DNA of 64,000 bases. Origin: a virus. Lineage: Duplodnaviria; Heunggongvirae; Uroviricota; Caudoviricetes. The stretch is taken from IMG/VR virus record IMGVR_UViG_3300027151_000220, one strand, 5' to 3'. Of the stretch, positions 1 to 9,178 are shown piece by piece. Both the position numbers and the translations under genes were made by a program. The notes beneath the pieces are model-generated. The model ran no database searches. It had not been told where the DNA came from and saw nothing but the letters and a program-made list of their open reading frames with translations. Position 1 is the first letter of the stretch. Each line of letters opens with the position of its first letter.

Positions 1-2
1 GA

Positions 3-431
3 ACGAATAAATACTTTACAGACGCTAGAGCAAGAGCTGCTATTAGTGTCAGTGGTGGAGCAACATACAATTCATCTACTGGTGTTATTAATGTACCTGC
101 TCCAACAGTTACATTAGATGGTCTTGATGACGTTGTAATTAATTCTCCGCAAGCACAGCAGGTTCTTAAGTTTAATGGATCCCAGTGGGTCAATGCTAAC
201 AATGACGTTGCTGTAGCTTCTGCTGTTTTTGCTCCTCAAGCAATGAGTGATTTGGGAGAAGTTAGCGATTCAAGTATCGGTATTACTGAAGATCTTGGAC
301 TTGTTACTCAGCTTGCGTTTTTTGTTTATGATATGGGACAACTACGATTGGATGGTATTGTGTCATTGAATAACTTGGATCAATCTGTTAAATCAGATTA
401 TATTGCTTACTCTATTATTTTTGGATTCTAA
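3..431 (+). CDS. C-terminal part of a tail fiber/baseplate structural protein (5' end lies outside the window)
   Basis: Frame 3 is open from the window edge to TAA 429-431. Ala/Ser/Gly/Thr/Val-rich fiber-like composition. The ORF-track entry 243..431 is only its internal-Met tail. Confidence 0.45.
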   Translation, partial: TNKYFTDARARAAISVSGGATYNSSTGVINVPAPTVTLDGLDDVVINSPQAQQVLKFNGSQWVNANNDVAVASAVFAPQAMSDLGEVSDSSIGITEDLGLVTQLAFFVYDMGQLRLDGIVSLNNLDQSVKSDYIAYSIIFGF

Positions 432-441
432 AGGATAAACT

Positions 442-3303
442 ATGGCTCGTGCATTAGCAGAAAAATATATTTTTACTCCAGGTGGAGTTAACCAAGGAAC
501 AATTAAGATTCCTGGAAAAGTTGACTTAAATCAACTATTGGTTATTACAAATAAAAGTACACAAGAAAACATCTATGCGTTAGGAGATCCTACACGCAGT
601 GCAACCATATCATTTAATGCTGATGATGCTGATACATTCAATACTGCTTATGATGGAGTAACTACCATTACTTTGACAAAAGATACATCAGAGATGTTAT
701 CTACACATTCTTTGGCAATCTACACTGACGCTCCTAGTTATCAAGGTACTATCATTCGACCATATGCATTCGGTACAGATGCTATTGAACGTATCCGTAT
801 TGCAAACCCTCAGGCGATGATTGACGCTGACTTTGAGTATGGTCTACAAACTACAAAGTGGCAGAACTATTCTTCTATTAGAAATATTCCAGGTATCTTT
901 GAAAAACCTGGACTTGACTTGTTTATTTCTAACGTAACTACTGACGGAGCAACTCCTTCGATTATTACCGTAACAACTACAGCACCACATGGTCTCTTAG
1001 TTGGCGATCCAGTTATTCTTCATGGTCTTTCTGTTGTATTAAACTATGCACGAGCAGAAGGTGCGTTTATCGTTGCCAGTGTTCCAAACTCTACAACATT
1101 TACATATTATGCTAAGGGTATTGTTGGGACTAACGGACAAACTATGTTCGGTAGTGCGACTTATGGTCGTCGTGGTGGTTTCTATGCTGGTGCACAAATG
1201 CCAGTGACGAGTATTGTCAGTGATGGTGTTAACCCATCGAAGATTACTGTAACATTATCAGCCAACCATGGTCTGGTTCCAGGATCTCCAATTACTGTAA
1301 TTAATACTTCCAATGGAACTAATCATAATTTAATTTCAGGAAACTTTTTCTTAGAAACTATTGTTAACCCAACTACGTTTACATATACTGCTCGAGTTGG
1401 CGGATCAGTTTCTAATACAGGATTGAATGGAAAAGTTTTCGTTCGTTCAGACGCTATTTCTATCCATCGTCCATTTGATGGAGGTATTATTCTTGGACCA
1501 TTTAGTCCATCAAATGGCGCATCTGCTATTCGTCAAACTAAAAAATATATCCGTTACCAATCAGGTAAAGGTGTTATGTTCACTTCTGGTGTTTTATTCT
1601 GCCCAGTACATAACTTAGATCAAATCTCAGCTAATGGTACAGTTCCAGGATCTGTTGTTACAGTAACGTGCGAAACTAACCATGGATGTCAAGTTGGTGC
1701 AACTGTTACTATTGCAGGTGTTATTACTGGAGGTTATAATGGAACATACGGTATTACTTCCGTTGTTAACGAACAAACATTTACATACTCAGCTTCTAAT
1801 ACATTGGAATCTGCCACAGCAGTTTTAACTGACTTGCCACGTGTAACAGTTGTAGGCTGGCATGGATCCACTGTTCGTTGCGGTCCATTCGATGACCAAA
1901 ACGGAGTTTTCTGGGAATTTGATGGACAAGAACTTGCTGTAGGTAAGCGTTCAGGTACATATCAATTATCAGGATATGTTGCTTGTACTCCAGGATCTCA
2001 ATCAGTTACTGGCACGAATAGTCGTTTCACTCAACAGTTACGTGCGGGTAGTAATATTATTATTCGTGGTATGACATATAAAGTTGCATCTATTAGTAGC
2101 GATACAGCATTAACTATTAATCCTCCATATCGTGGCATTAATCCGTCAGGTAAAGTAAAATATACGGTAATTAGAGATACACGTGTCCCTCAATCTCAAT
2201 TTAATATTGATAAGATAGATGGAACTGGAGAATCTGGATATAAGATTAATCTAGGTAAAATGCAGATGATCGGTATTCAATTCTCTTGGTATGGTGCTGG
2301 TTTTATTGATTGGATGATTCGTGGATCTGATGGTAACATGATTCCTGTACATAGAATGAAACAGAATAACGTTAATGATGAAGCGTACATGCGTACTGGT
2401 AACTCAACTATTCGTTATCAAGTTATTAATGAAATCGCTGCGTCTACGTTAACTGAAAATGTAGACGCAACTCAAACAACCATTACAGTTAAAGACGCAT
2501 CTAGGTACCCAGCTACTGGTGGAGTACTTAACCTAGAAGGAGAGTTAATTCAATACACTGGTAAAACAGGAAATACATTAACTGGATGTACTAGAGGTTC
2601 AAGCATCACTCAATTCGTTGGTGGTTTAAATAGAACATTTACAGGAAGACCAGCTTTTGCTCATAGTGAAGGAAATGGACAACAGGGTGTTGGATTAATG
2701 AGTGTAACTTGCTCACCATTAATTAACCACTGGGGTTCTTCATATATTATGGACGGTAATTTTGATACTGATCGTGGATACTATTTTAACTACGCTTCTT
2801 TATCCAATACAATTAACGCAGGTGCTGCAAAAACTGTATTCTTTATTAGATTGGCTCCATCAGTTTCAAACTCCATTGCTGCTGACTTCGGAGATAGAGA
2901 TTTGATTAATCGTTCACAATTATTGTTGGAAAAATTACAGATTACAACAGACCAATCTGTTCAGTTAATTGGTATGTTAAATCCAGGTAATATTGATGCA
3001 TCTACTCTTTCGTGGGAAAACGTAAACCAAGCAGCTTTAGGTTCACAACCTTCTTTTGCTCAGATCTCTACAAGCACTACTACTGAAGCAACTCCAGGAG
3101 AACAGATTTTCGCAACTCTTGGACCTCCAGGAGGATTTGCTGAGATTGACTTAACAAAACTAAAAGAACTATCAAATTCGGCTATTGGTGGTTATAGTAA
3201 CTATCCTGATGGTCCAGACGTTTTAGCCGTTGTAGTTAAAAACTTAGGTAGTGGTAATGCTAAAGTGAACGTAAACTTATTCTGGACAGAAGCCCAAGCC
3301 TAA
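442..3303 (+). CDS. large baseplate/short-tail-fiber-like structural protein (953 aa)
   Basis: Sits in the T4 late-module position upstream of the neck genes. Three internal repeats of a (I/V)TVT..xxHGLxxGxPVxIxG module. Contains a GELIQYTGKTGNTLTGCTRG motif typical of phage fiber/baseplate proteins. SD AGGATAA before the ATG. Confidence 0.55.
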   Translation: MARALAEKYIFTPGGVNQGTIKIPGKVDLNQLLVITNKSTQENIYALGDPTRSATISFNADDADTFNTAYDGVTTITLTKDTSEMLSTHSLAIYTDAPSYQGTIIRPYAFGTDAIERIRIANPQAMIDADFEYGLQTTKWQNYSSIRNIPGIFEKPGLDLFISNVTTDGATPSIITVTTTAPHGLLVGDPVILHGLSVVLNYARAEGAFIVASVPNSTTFTYYAKGIVGTNGQTMFGSATYGRRGGFYAGAQMPVTSIVSDGVNPSKITVTLSANHGLVPGSPITVINTSNGTNHNLISGNFFLETIVNPTTFTYTARVGGSVSNTGLNGKVFVRSDAISIHRPFDGGIILGPFSPSNGASAIRQTKKYIRYQSGKGVMFTSGVLFCPVHNLDQISANGTVPGSVVTVTCETNHGCQVGATVTIAGVITGGYNGTYGITSVVNEQTFTYSASNTLESATAVLTDLPRVTVVGWHGSTVRCGPFDDQNGVFWEFDGQELAVGKRSGTYQLSGYVACTPGSQSVTGTNSRFTQQLRAGSNIIIRGMTYKVASISSDTALTINPPYRGINPSGKVKYTVIRDTRVPQSQFNIDKIDGTGESGYKINLGKMQMIGIQFSWYGAGFIDWMIRGSDGNMIPVHRMKQNNVNDEAYMRTGNSTIRYQVINEIAASTLTENVDATQTTITVKDASRYPATGGVLNLEGELIQYTGKTGNTLTGCTRGSSITQFVGGLNRTFTGRPAFAHSEGNGQQGVGLMSVTCSPLINHWGSSYIMDGNFDTDRGYYFNYASLSNTINAGAAKTVFFIRLAPSVSNSIAADFGDRDLINRSQLLLEKLQITTDQSVQLIGMLNPGNIDASTLSWENVNQAALGSQPSFAQISTSTTTEATPGEQIFATLGPPGGFAEIDLTKLKELSNSAIGGYSNYPDGPDVLAVVVKNLGSGNAKVNVNLFWTEAQA

Positions 3304-3330
3304 ATATAAGATAAAAATTAGAGGAAAACT

Positions 3331-5106
3331 ATGGCAACACAAGTACAATTTAGACGAGGTACTACCACTCAGAATAATGCGTTCACTGGCGCAGTAGGCG
3401 AGTTGACCTATGATACTGAAGTTAAAACACTTAGAATCCACGATGGCGTAACTGCTGGTGGTGGTTCTATTGCGTTAACTACAAATGCAACGCAGACAGT
3501 TCTGAATAAAACCCACAGTACTGGTTCTGTTTGGAATGGTAGTCCAGTGTCATTGCAATATGGCGGAACTAATACTGCCATTACACCTGTCGCTGGTGCT
3601 GTTGCCTATGGTACTGCTACAGGTATTAATTTATCTGCTGCAGGAACTTCTGGACAAGTTCTTATTTCAGGTGGTTCTGCTGGTCCATCTTGGATTAACT
3701 CAACTGGTCTACAAACAGGTACTGCTGTTAATGCTACATATGCCACTAACGTGGCTGGTGGTTCTGCAGGACAGTTAGTTATTCAGCAAGACTCTTCTTT
3801 AACTACATTCATTACTGCTGGCGCATCAGGAACATTCTTGAAGTCGAATGGTGCTGGTTATGCTCCAGGATGGGCGACTGCTGACGTTACAGTTGGTTCT
3901 ACTGTTATTTCTCTTGGTAGTTCTTCTACTTCCTTAGCTGGTCTTGACATTATTGCTGCAACTGGAACTAGCCACTGGACAATTCCAGTTGGTACTACTG
4001 TTCAGAGACCTGCTTCTCCAGCAGTCGGTATGATTCGTTATAACTCTACTCAATCTACATTCGAGGGATATTCTTCTGGTGCTTGGTCGTCACTTGGTGG
4101 TGTTAAATCAGTTAATGCATACACCTATATTCTTGCAGAAACTTCTGCGGGTGCAGCTAACGGAGATTTAGATTTCTACGTGCAAAATGCTGGCACAAAC
4201 GGATCTGTATATGCAGGTAAATGGAATAGAACTTCTCTTAATGTTAAACTTACAACAGCATCAAGTTCTACAACAACAGGTGCTTTAGTCGTTGATGGTG
4301 GTGTTGGTATAGCTGGCGCAGCTAACGTAGGTGGAAATTTAACTGTTTCAGGTAACTTATCTGTTTCTGGTACTACAACAACTACAAACAGTCAATCACT
4401 GACTGTTACAACTCCACAATTATATCTTGCTTCTGATAATGCTGGAAACTCAATCGACATCGGTATTATTGGTGCTTATGTTTCTAGTGGAAGCAAAAAA
4501 ACAGGTTTAGTTAAACAAGCATCTTCTGGTGAGTGGAGATTGTTCTCCAACACTACAGCTGCTCCAGGAAACGTATATGACTTCACTGGTGCAACATATG
4601 ATAATCTACGTCTTGGTGGAATTATTGGTACTGGAAACTCTACTATTGGTGGCACTCTAGGCGTAACTGGCGCAACAACTTTAAGTTCAACATTAAGCGT
4701 ATCAGGATTGATCACTTCTTCCAGTGGTATTTCTGGTGGTCCAGCATCTCATACAACTGGAACGTTTACAGATGCGGTTAGCACTACAAGCTCATTTACA
4801 GCTTCAGGACAAATTACTGGTGGTTCTTTCCAAACTTCTTCTGACGCAAGATTAAAGTCTAACATTGAAGATTCTTCATATGGTTTAGATAAAGTTTTGC
4901 AATTACGTTCTGTTCAATATGACAGAAATGATAATCATGAAGTTGGTTTAATTGCACAAGAAGTGGAAGCAATTCTACCTGAGTTTGTTGGCGAAAGCGA
5001 TGGATACAAAACTGTTAATTATTCGCAAATGGTTTCTGTTTTAATTAAGGCAGTTCAAGAACTTTCTGCAGAGGTTAATGCACTAAAAGCCAAACTAGGA
5101 GAGTAA
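3331..5106 (+). CDS. tail fiber / neck whisker-like protein with C-terminal intramolecular chaperone (peptidase S74-like) domain
   Basis: N-terminus VQFRRGTTTQNNAFTGAVGELTYDTEVKTLRIHDGVTAGG is the conserved fiber N-terminal motif. C-terminus DARLKSNIE..VQYDRND..GLIAQEVEAILPEFV matches the auto-cleaving chaperone domain of fibers/tailspikes. Gly/Ser/Thr-rich middle. Occupies the position of T4 wac, upstream of gp13. Confidence 0.7.
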   Translation: MATQVQFRRGTTTQNNAFTGAVGELTYDTEVKTLRIHDGVTAGGGSIALTTNATQTVLNKTHSTGSVWNGSPVSLQYGGTNTAITPVAGAVAYGTATGINLSAAGTSGQVLISGGSAGPSWINSTGLQTGTAVNATYATNVAGGSAGQLVIQQDSSLTTFITAGASGTFLKSNGAGYAPGWATADVTVGSTVISLGSSSTSLAGLDIIAATGTSHWTIPVGTTVQRPASPAVGMIRYNSTQSTFEGYSSGAWSSLGGVKSVNAYTYILAETSAGAANGDLDFYVQNAGTNGSVYAGKWNRTSLNVKLTTASSSTTTGALVVDGGVGIAGAANVGGNLTVSGNLSVSGTTTTTNSQSLTVTTPQLYLASDNAGNSIDIGIIGAYVSSGSKKTGLVKQASSGEWRLFSNTTAAPGNVYDFTGATYDNLRLGGIIGTGNSTIGGTLGVTGATTLSSTLSVSGLITSSSGISGGPASHTTGTFTDAVSTTSSFTASGQITGGSFQTSSDARLKSNIEDSSYGLDKVLQLRSVQYDRNDNHEVGLIAQEVEAILPEFVGESDGYKTVNYSQMVSVLIKAVQELSAEVNALKAKLGE

Positions 5107-5107
5107 A

Positions 5108-5848
5108 ATGGCAGTAGTAACTTCTAGACAGGGGTTGAGAGAATACTGTTTAAGAGCATTAGGTGCTCCAGTATTAGAGATCAACGTAGATGACGATCAG
5201 TTAGAAGATCGCATCGATGAAGCGTTAGAATATTGGAAGCAATATCACTACGATGGTATTGAACGAGTATATCTAAAGCATACTGTCACAGCAGCTGATA
5301 TTACAAATAAGTATATTCCTATTGCAGATGCAGTATATGGGATTACACGTGTAGTTCCTGTATCACAGACATCCTCATCTAAAAGTCTTTTTGATATTCA
5401 ATATCAACTTCGTTTACACGATCTTTACGATCTGACATCAACATCTATAATCTATTACAAAACTGTAATGTCGCACATTGCATTGTTGGATATGGAATTA
5501 AATGGTCCACAGATGTATAGATTTAATCGTCTTCAAAATAGATTACACATAGATTTAAAATGGGGTACTGATGTAGTTGAGGGTGGAATTATTGTTTGCG
5601 AAGCATATCGTGCTTTAGACCCAACTGAGTTCTCTAAAGCATGGAACGAATCGTGGTTAAAAAAATATGTTACTGCTCTATTTAAAAAACAATGGGCAAC
5701 AAACATTAAAAAGTTTTCAGGAATTCAGCTTCCAGGTGGTGTTACTTTGGATGGCGATAAATTGTATGACGAAGCAGTAGGAGAAATTAAAGAGTTAGAA
5801 GATGAATTGCAAAATAAATCTGCTCCGCTCGAGTTTTTCCTAGGATAA
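5108..5848 (+). CDS. gp13: neck protein gp13-like
   Basis: N-terminus LREYCLRALGAPVLEINVDDDQLEDRIDEALEYWKQYHYDG aligns with T4 gp13 ([37 protein letters not shown]). Synteny fiber-13-14-15-17. Confidence 0.65.
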   Translation: MAVVTSRQGLREYCLRALGAPVLEINVDDDQLEDRIDEALEYWKQYHYDGIERVYLKHTVTAADITNKYIPIADAVYGITRVVPVSQTSSSKSLFDIQYQLRLHDLYDLTSTSIIYYKTVMSHIALLDMELNGPQMYRFNRLQNRLHIDLKWGTDVVEGGIIVCEAYRALDPTEFSKAWNESWLKKYVTALFKKQWATNIKKFSGIQLPGGVTLDGDKLYDEAVGEIKELEDELQNKSAPLEFFLG

Positions 5849-5849
5849 C

Positions 5850-6767
5850 ATGACTACAACTAATGTTTATTTTTCTCATGGAACTAAGAATGAGCAGCAT
5901 CTAGTAGAAGATCTGATCATTGAGTCTCTGCGCATTTATGGTCAAGAGGTTTTTTATATTCCAAGAACTTTAGTTTCAAAAGATGATGTGCTGGGCGAAG
6001 ATCGCCTATCAGAATTTAAAAGTGCATTTCCAGTTGAAATGTATTTTGAAAACGTAGATAACTTTGCTGGGCAAGGTGCGTTCATTCAGAAGTTTGGTTT
6101 AATGATGGAACAGTCTGCAACTCTTGTAGTTGCAAGACGTCGTTGGGAACAATTTATTGGTCGCTATGGTGCAACTATTCTTCCCAATCGTCCATGCGAG
6201 GGTGATTTAATTTATTTCCCATTATCAAAGGGATTGTTCGAAGTTAAGTTCGTTCAACACCAAGATCCATTTTATCAGCTTGGTAAGTTATATGTATATA
6301 AACTACAAGTTGAATTGTTCCAATACAGCTCTGAGCGTATTGATACTGGTCTTGCAGCTGTAGATACATTTGAATCATTAAAAACATTCAGTACGAATAC
6401 CACAAGAAGTGCGTTTGGATATGTTAAATCTATAGAAGTAACAACCCAAGGATCTGGATATACAACAGCTCCAACTGTTGTAATTACTTCTGGAACTGGT
6501 ACTGGTGCAACAGCAACTGCTGTTCTGGGTAGTGGTTCTACTGCAAATAAAGTTATTCGTGTAGACGTAACCAATGGTGGAACTGGATATCAAATACCAC
6601 CTGCAATAGCATTTACTGGAGGTGGCGGAAGTAATGCTGCAGCAACTGCTGTAATTGAAGCTGATATTGATAAACCCGATTCTTTTGGCGACAATAACAC
6701 CTTTAAAGAAGAAGCTACAGATATCTTATTTTCAGAAAATAATCCTTTCGGTGATGTGGGTGTATAA
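5850..6767 (+). CDS. gp14: neck protein gp14-like with C-terminal Gly/Thr-rich repeat extension
   Basis: N-terminus LVEDLIIESLRIYGQEVFYIPR resembles T4 gp14 (DIVIEALQIYGTDCYYILR). The C-terminal third carries two SGYTTAPTVxxTGGTGxGATAxAV-type repeats also present in the sheath. Confidence 0.6.
   Translation: MTTTNVYFSHGTKNEQHLVEDLIIESLRIYGQEVFYIPRTLVSKDDVLGEDRLSEFKSAFPVEMYFENVDNFAGQGAFIQKFGLMMEQSATLVVARRRWEQFIGRYGATILPNRPCEGDLIYFPLSKGLFEVKFVQHQDPFYQLGKLYVYKLQVELFQYSSERIDTGLAAVDTFESLKTFSTNTTRSAFGYVKSIEVTTQGSGYTTAPTVVITSGTGTGATATAVLGSGSTANKVIRVDVTNGGTGYQIPPAIAFTGGGGSNAAATAVIEADIDKPDSFGDNNTFKEEATDILFSENNPFGDVGV
6430..6665. repeat. two ~27-aa GxGYxxxPxVxxTGGxGxGAxATAV repeats within gp14; ~72 nt nearly identical to sheath gene segment 9749-9820
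   Basis: Compare ggatctggatatacaacagctccaactgttgtaattacttctggaactggtactggtgcaacagc with ggatctggttatacaactgctccaactgcagttattactggtactggtactggcgcaactgc. Confidence 0.6.
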
Positions 6768-7513
6768 TGTTAAATAATCAAGTTTACTATCACGGAATTA
6801 TTCGCAAAAGCATTGTAGCGTTTGGTCGTTTATTCAGCGACATTTATATTGATCGCAAAGAAGGCGATTCTGTAACAGGAACAACAGTTCAACGTGTTCA
6901 AGTTCCATTGGCTTATGCGCCAAAAGAAAAGTGGCTGGTAAGAATTGAACAAGACCCAGAGTTAAAGAATAATACATATACAACTTTACCACGTATGTCT
7001 TTTGAGATTACTGGTTATACATACGATGCCACAAGAAAAATTAACCGCATGCAAAAAATTACATGTGGTTCAGCATTAGATTCTATGAGTTATGTTTATA
7101 CCCCTGTGCCATATAATATCGATATATCTTTATATGTATTAACTAAAACTCAGGAAGATGGATTGCAAATAATTGAACAGATCCTTCCAACATTTACACC
7201 TGAATATACACTTGCAGTTAAAACTGTTCAGGATATGAATATTGTTTTAGATGTTCCTATTATCTTAAATAGTGTTTCTGTTCAAGATGATTACGATGGC
7301 GACTTTCAGACTCGTCGCTTCGTTACACATACTTTAAACTTTACATTGAAAACTAGCTTGTTTGGACCAGTTTCTGGACAAGGAGTTATTACTCAAGTTA
7401 ATGCCAATGTTGGTCAGAATGAAAACTTTAGTAACCCAAATAGAGTTTATGTTGCTGAGGGTGATCCTGCAACTGCAACAATTTCCCAAGAGAATTGGGA
7501 AGATAATTTTTAA
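6767..7513 (+). CDS. gp15: tail sheath stabilizer/tail completion protein gp15-like
   Basis: Multiple aligned blocks with T4 gp15: FGRLFSDIYIDRKE/MGDLFSNIQIKRQ, RVQVPLAYAPKEKW/RVPITYASKEHF, TLPRMSFEITGYTYDATRKIN/ILPRINLHLVDFSYNAPFKTN, GLQIIEQILPTFTPEY/MFQIVEQILPYFQPHF. Confidence 0.7.
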   Translation: MLNNQVYYHGIIRKSIVAFGRLFSDIYIDRKEGDSVTGTTVQRVQVPLAYAPKEKWLVRIEQDPELKNNTYTTLPRMSFEITGYTYDATRKINRMQKITCGSALDSMSYVYTPVPYNIDISLYVLTKTQEDGLQIIEQILPTFTPEYTLAVKTVQDMNIVLDVPIILNSVSVQDDYDGDFQTRRFVTHTLNFTLKTSLFGPVSGQGVITQVNANVGQNENFSNPNRVYVAEGDPATATISQENWEDNF

Positions 7514-7515
7514 AT

Positions 7516-9096
7516 ATGGTTAAAATTTATAATGCTAATGCGAATTTAAAAGCTGCTGGTGTAACAGTTCAGTTCACACCAGAGAATGTTCAAGAGTATT
7601 TAAAATGTCGTGATGATCCAATCTATTTTATAGAAACATATTGTCAGATTGTTTCTCTTGATAAAGGGTTGATTCCTTTTAAATTATACGATTGCCAAAA
7701 AGACAAAGTTAAAGTTATTCATGAGAATCGAAGAGTGATTCTTATGGAGGGTCGCCAGCAGGGGAAGACTACTACTTCCGCTGCATATATCCTTTGGTAT
7801 ACTCTGTTTCAAGATAATAAGACTGTTGCTATTCTTGCAAATAAAGCAACTGCAGCTCGAGAAGTTTTATCTCGCTATCAGTTGATGTATGAAGGATTGC
7901 CACTTTGGTTGCAACAAGGTGTTACCACTTGGAATAAGGGTGACATTGAATTGGAGAATGGTAGTAAAGTATTTACTGCTGCAACGTCAGCTTCAGGTAT
8001 TCGTGGTAAATCTGTTAACTTACTATATGTTGACGAAACTGCGATTATCCCAAATACAGTTGCTGAAGAATTTTTTACGTCAGTTTACCCAACTATTTCT
8101 GCTGGTGAAACAACAAAGATTCTTTTAAGTTCTACGCCACTCGGTTATAATCACTTCTGGAAATTCTGGAATGATGCTGAAAATGGTAGAAATGGTTTTG
8201 TTCCATTATTCATTCCATATTGGAAAATTCCAGGACGTGATGAGAAATGGGCAGCTGAGCAGAAAGCCATGCTCGGTGAGTTAAAATATAACCAAGAGGT
8301 TTTATGTAAGTTCTTAGGTTCTAGTTTAACTTTAGTCAATGCTGATGTTATTGCAAAGATGTCAGTTGCAGTCCCAGTATTCAGCAAAGATGGTTTAGAT
8401 CTATATGAAAATCCGCAAGAAAACCACACTTATGTGTTGGTGGCGGATACAGCGAAAGGTGTTGGTGGAGATTATTCTGCTTTCACTATTGTCGATATTA
8501 CAGAAGTCCCATACAGACTTGTCGGTAAATATCGAAAAAATGATATTAGTCCATTGATGTATCCTAGTGTAATTTATCACGTGGCTACACAATTTAATCA
8601 AGCGTTTGTTTTGGTGGAAACCAATTCAAGCGAGCAAGTTCCATACATTTTGCATCATGAATTAGAATATGAAAATCTAGTTTTTGTGAATAGAAGTACA
8701 GGGTTCCAAACTGTTACTGGTGGTTTCGGTGGTGGTCAGACCCAACTTGGCGTAAATACTGATAAAAAGGTTAAAAGAACTGGTTGTCATAATTTCAAAG
8801 CGTTGGTTGAAGAAAATAAGTTAATTATACAAGACGCAGATATTATATCAGAAATTTCAACTTTTATTGAAAAACGCAATTCATATGAAGCAGATGAGGG
8901 ATATCATGATGATATGGTTATGTCTTTGGTTCTGTTTTCTTGGCTAACTTCTACGAGTTATTTCAAAGACCTAAATAATGTAAACCTAAGACAAATTATG
9001 TATGAGAAAAAGATTAAAGCGATGGAAGAAGAACTTACCCCATTTGGTTTTTTTGACAATGGGGATACAAGAGAGAAACCACTACTGAACTTTTGA
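7516..9096 (+). CDS. gp17: terminase large subunit (ATPase/nuclease)
   Basis: Walker A LMEGRQQGKTT, ATPase coupling motif, and blocks WNKGDIELENGSKV.../YVDETAIIPN align with T4 gp17. 526 aa. Directly follows gp15 with no small-terminase ORF in between. Confidence 0.9.
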   Translation: MVKIYNANANLKAAGVTVQFTPENVQEYLKCRDDPIYFIETYCQIVSLDKGLIPFKLYDCQKDKVKVIHENRRVILMEGRQQGKTTTSAAYILWYTLFQDNKTVAILANKATAAREVLSRYQLMYEGLPLWLQQGVTTWNKGDIELENGSKVFTAATSASGIRGKSVNLLYVDETAIIPNTVAEEFFTSVYPTISAGETTKILLSSTPLGYNHFWKFWNDAENGRNGFVPLFIPYWKIPGRDEKWAAEQKAMLGELKYNQEVLCKFLGSSLTLVNADVIAKMSVAVPVFSKDGLDLYENPQENHTYVLVADTAKGVGGDYSAFTIVDITEVPYRLVGKYRKNDISPLMYPSVIYHVATQFNQAFVLVETNSSEQVPYILHHELEYENLVFVNRSTGFQTVTGGFGGGQTQLGVNTDKKVKRTGCHNFKALVEENKLIIQDADIISEISTFIEKRNSYEADEGYHDDMVMSLVLFSWLTSTSYFKDLNNVNLRQIMYEKKIKAMEEELTPFGFFDNGDTREKPLLNF

Positions 9097-9178
9097 AATT
9101 GCGGTTTCAATAAATAAATTAGTGCTTTCAAGTGCTCCTCGAAGCAAAACAGAATAACATGTAATAAGGAGAATTACA

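Noticed and set aside
243-431. ORF-track 62-aa ORF
   Set aside because: It is merely the internal-Met tail of a longer frame open from the window edge, the C-terminus of an upstream fiber gene.
1427-1618. 63-aa + strand ORF nested in another frame of the 953-aa structural gene
   Set aside because: Overlapping alternative frame inside a well-supported long CDS.
9097-9178. AATAAATA upstream of the sheath gene as a late promoter
   Set aside because: One mismatch to TATAAATA at the critical first position. Kept only as a possibility, not annotated.
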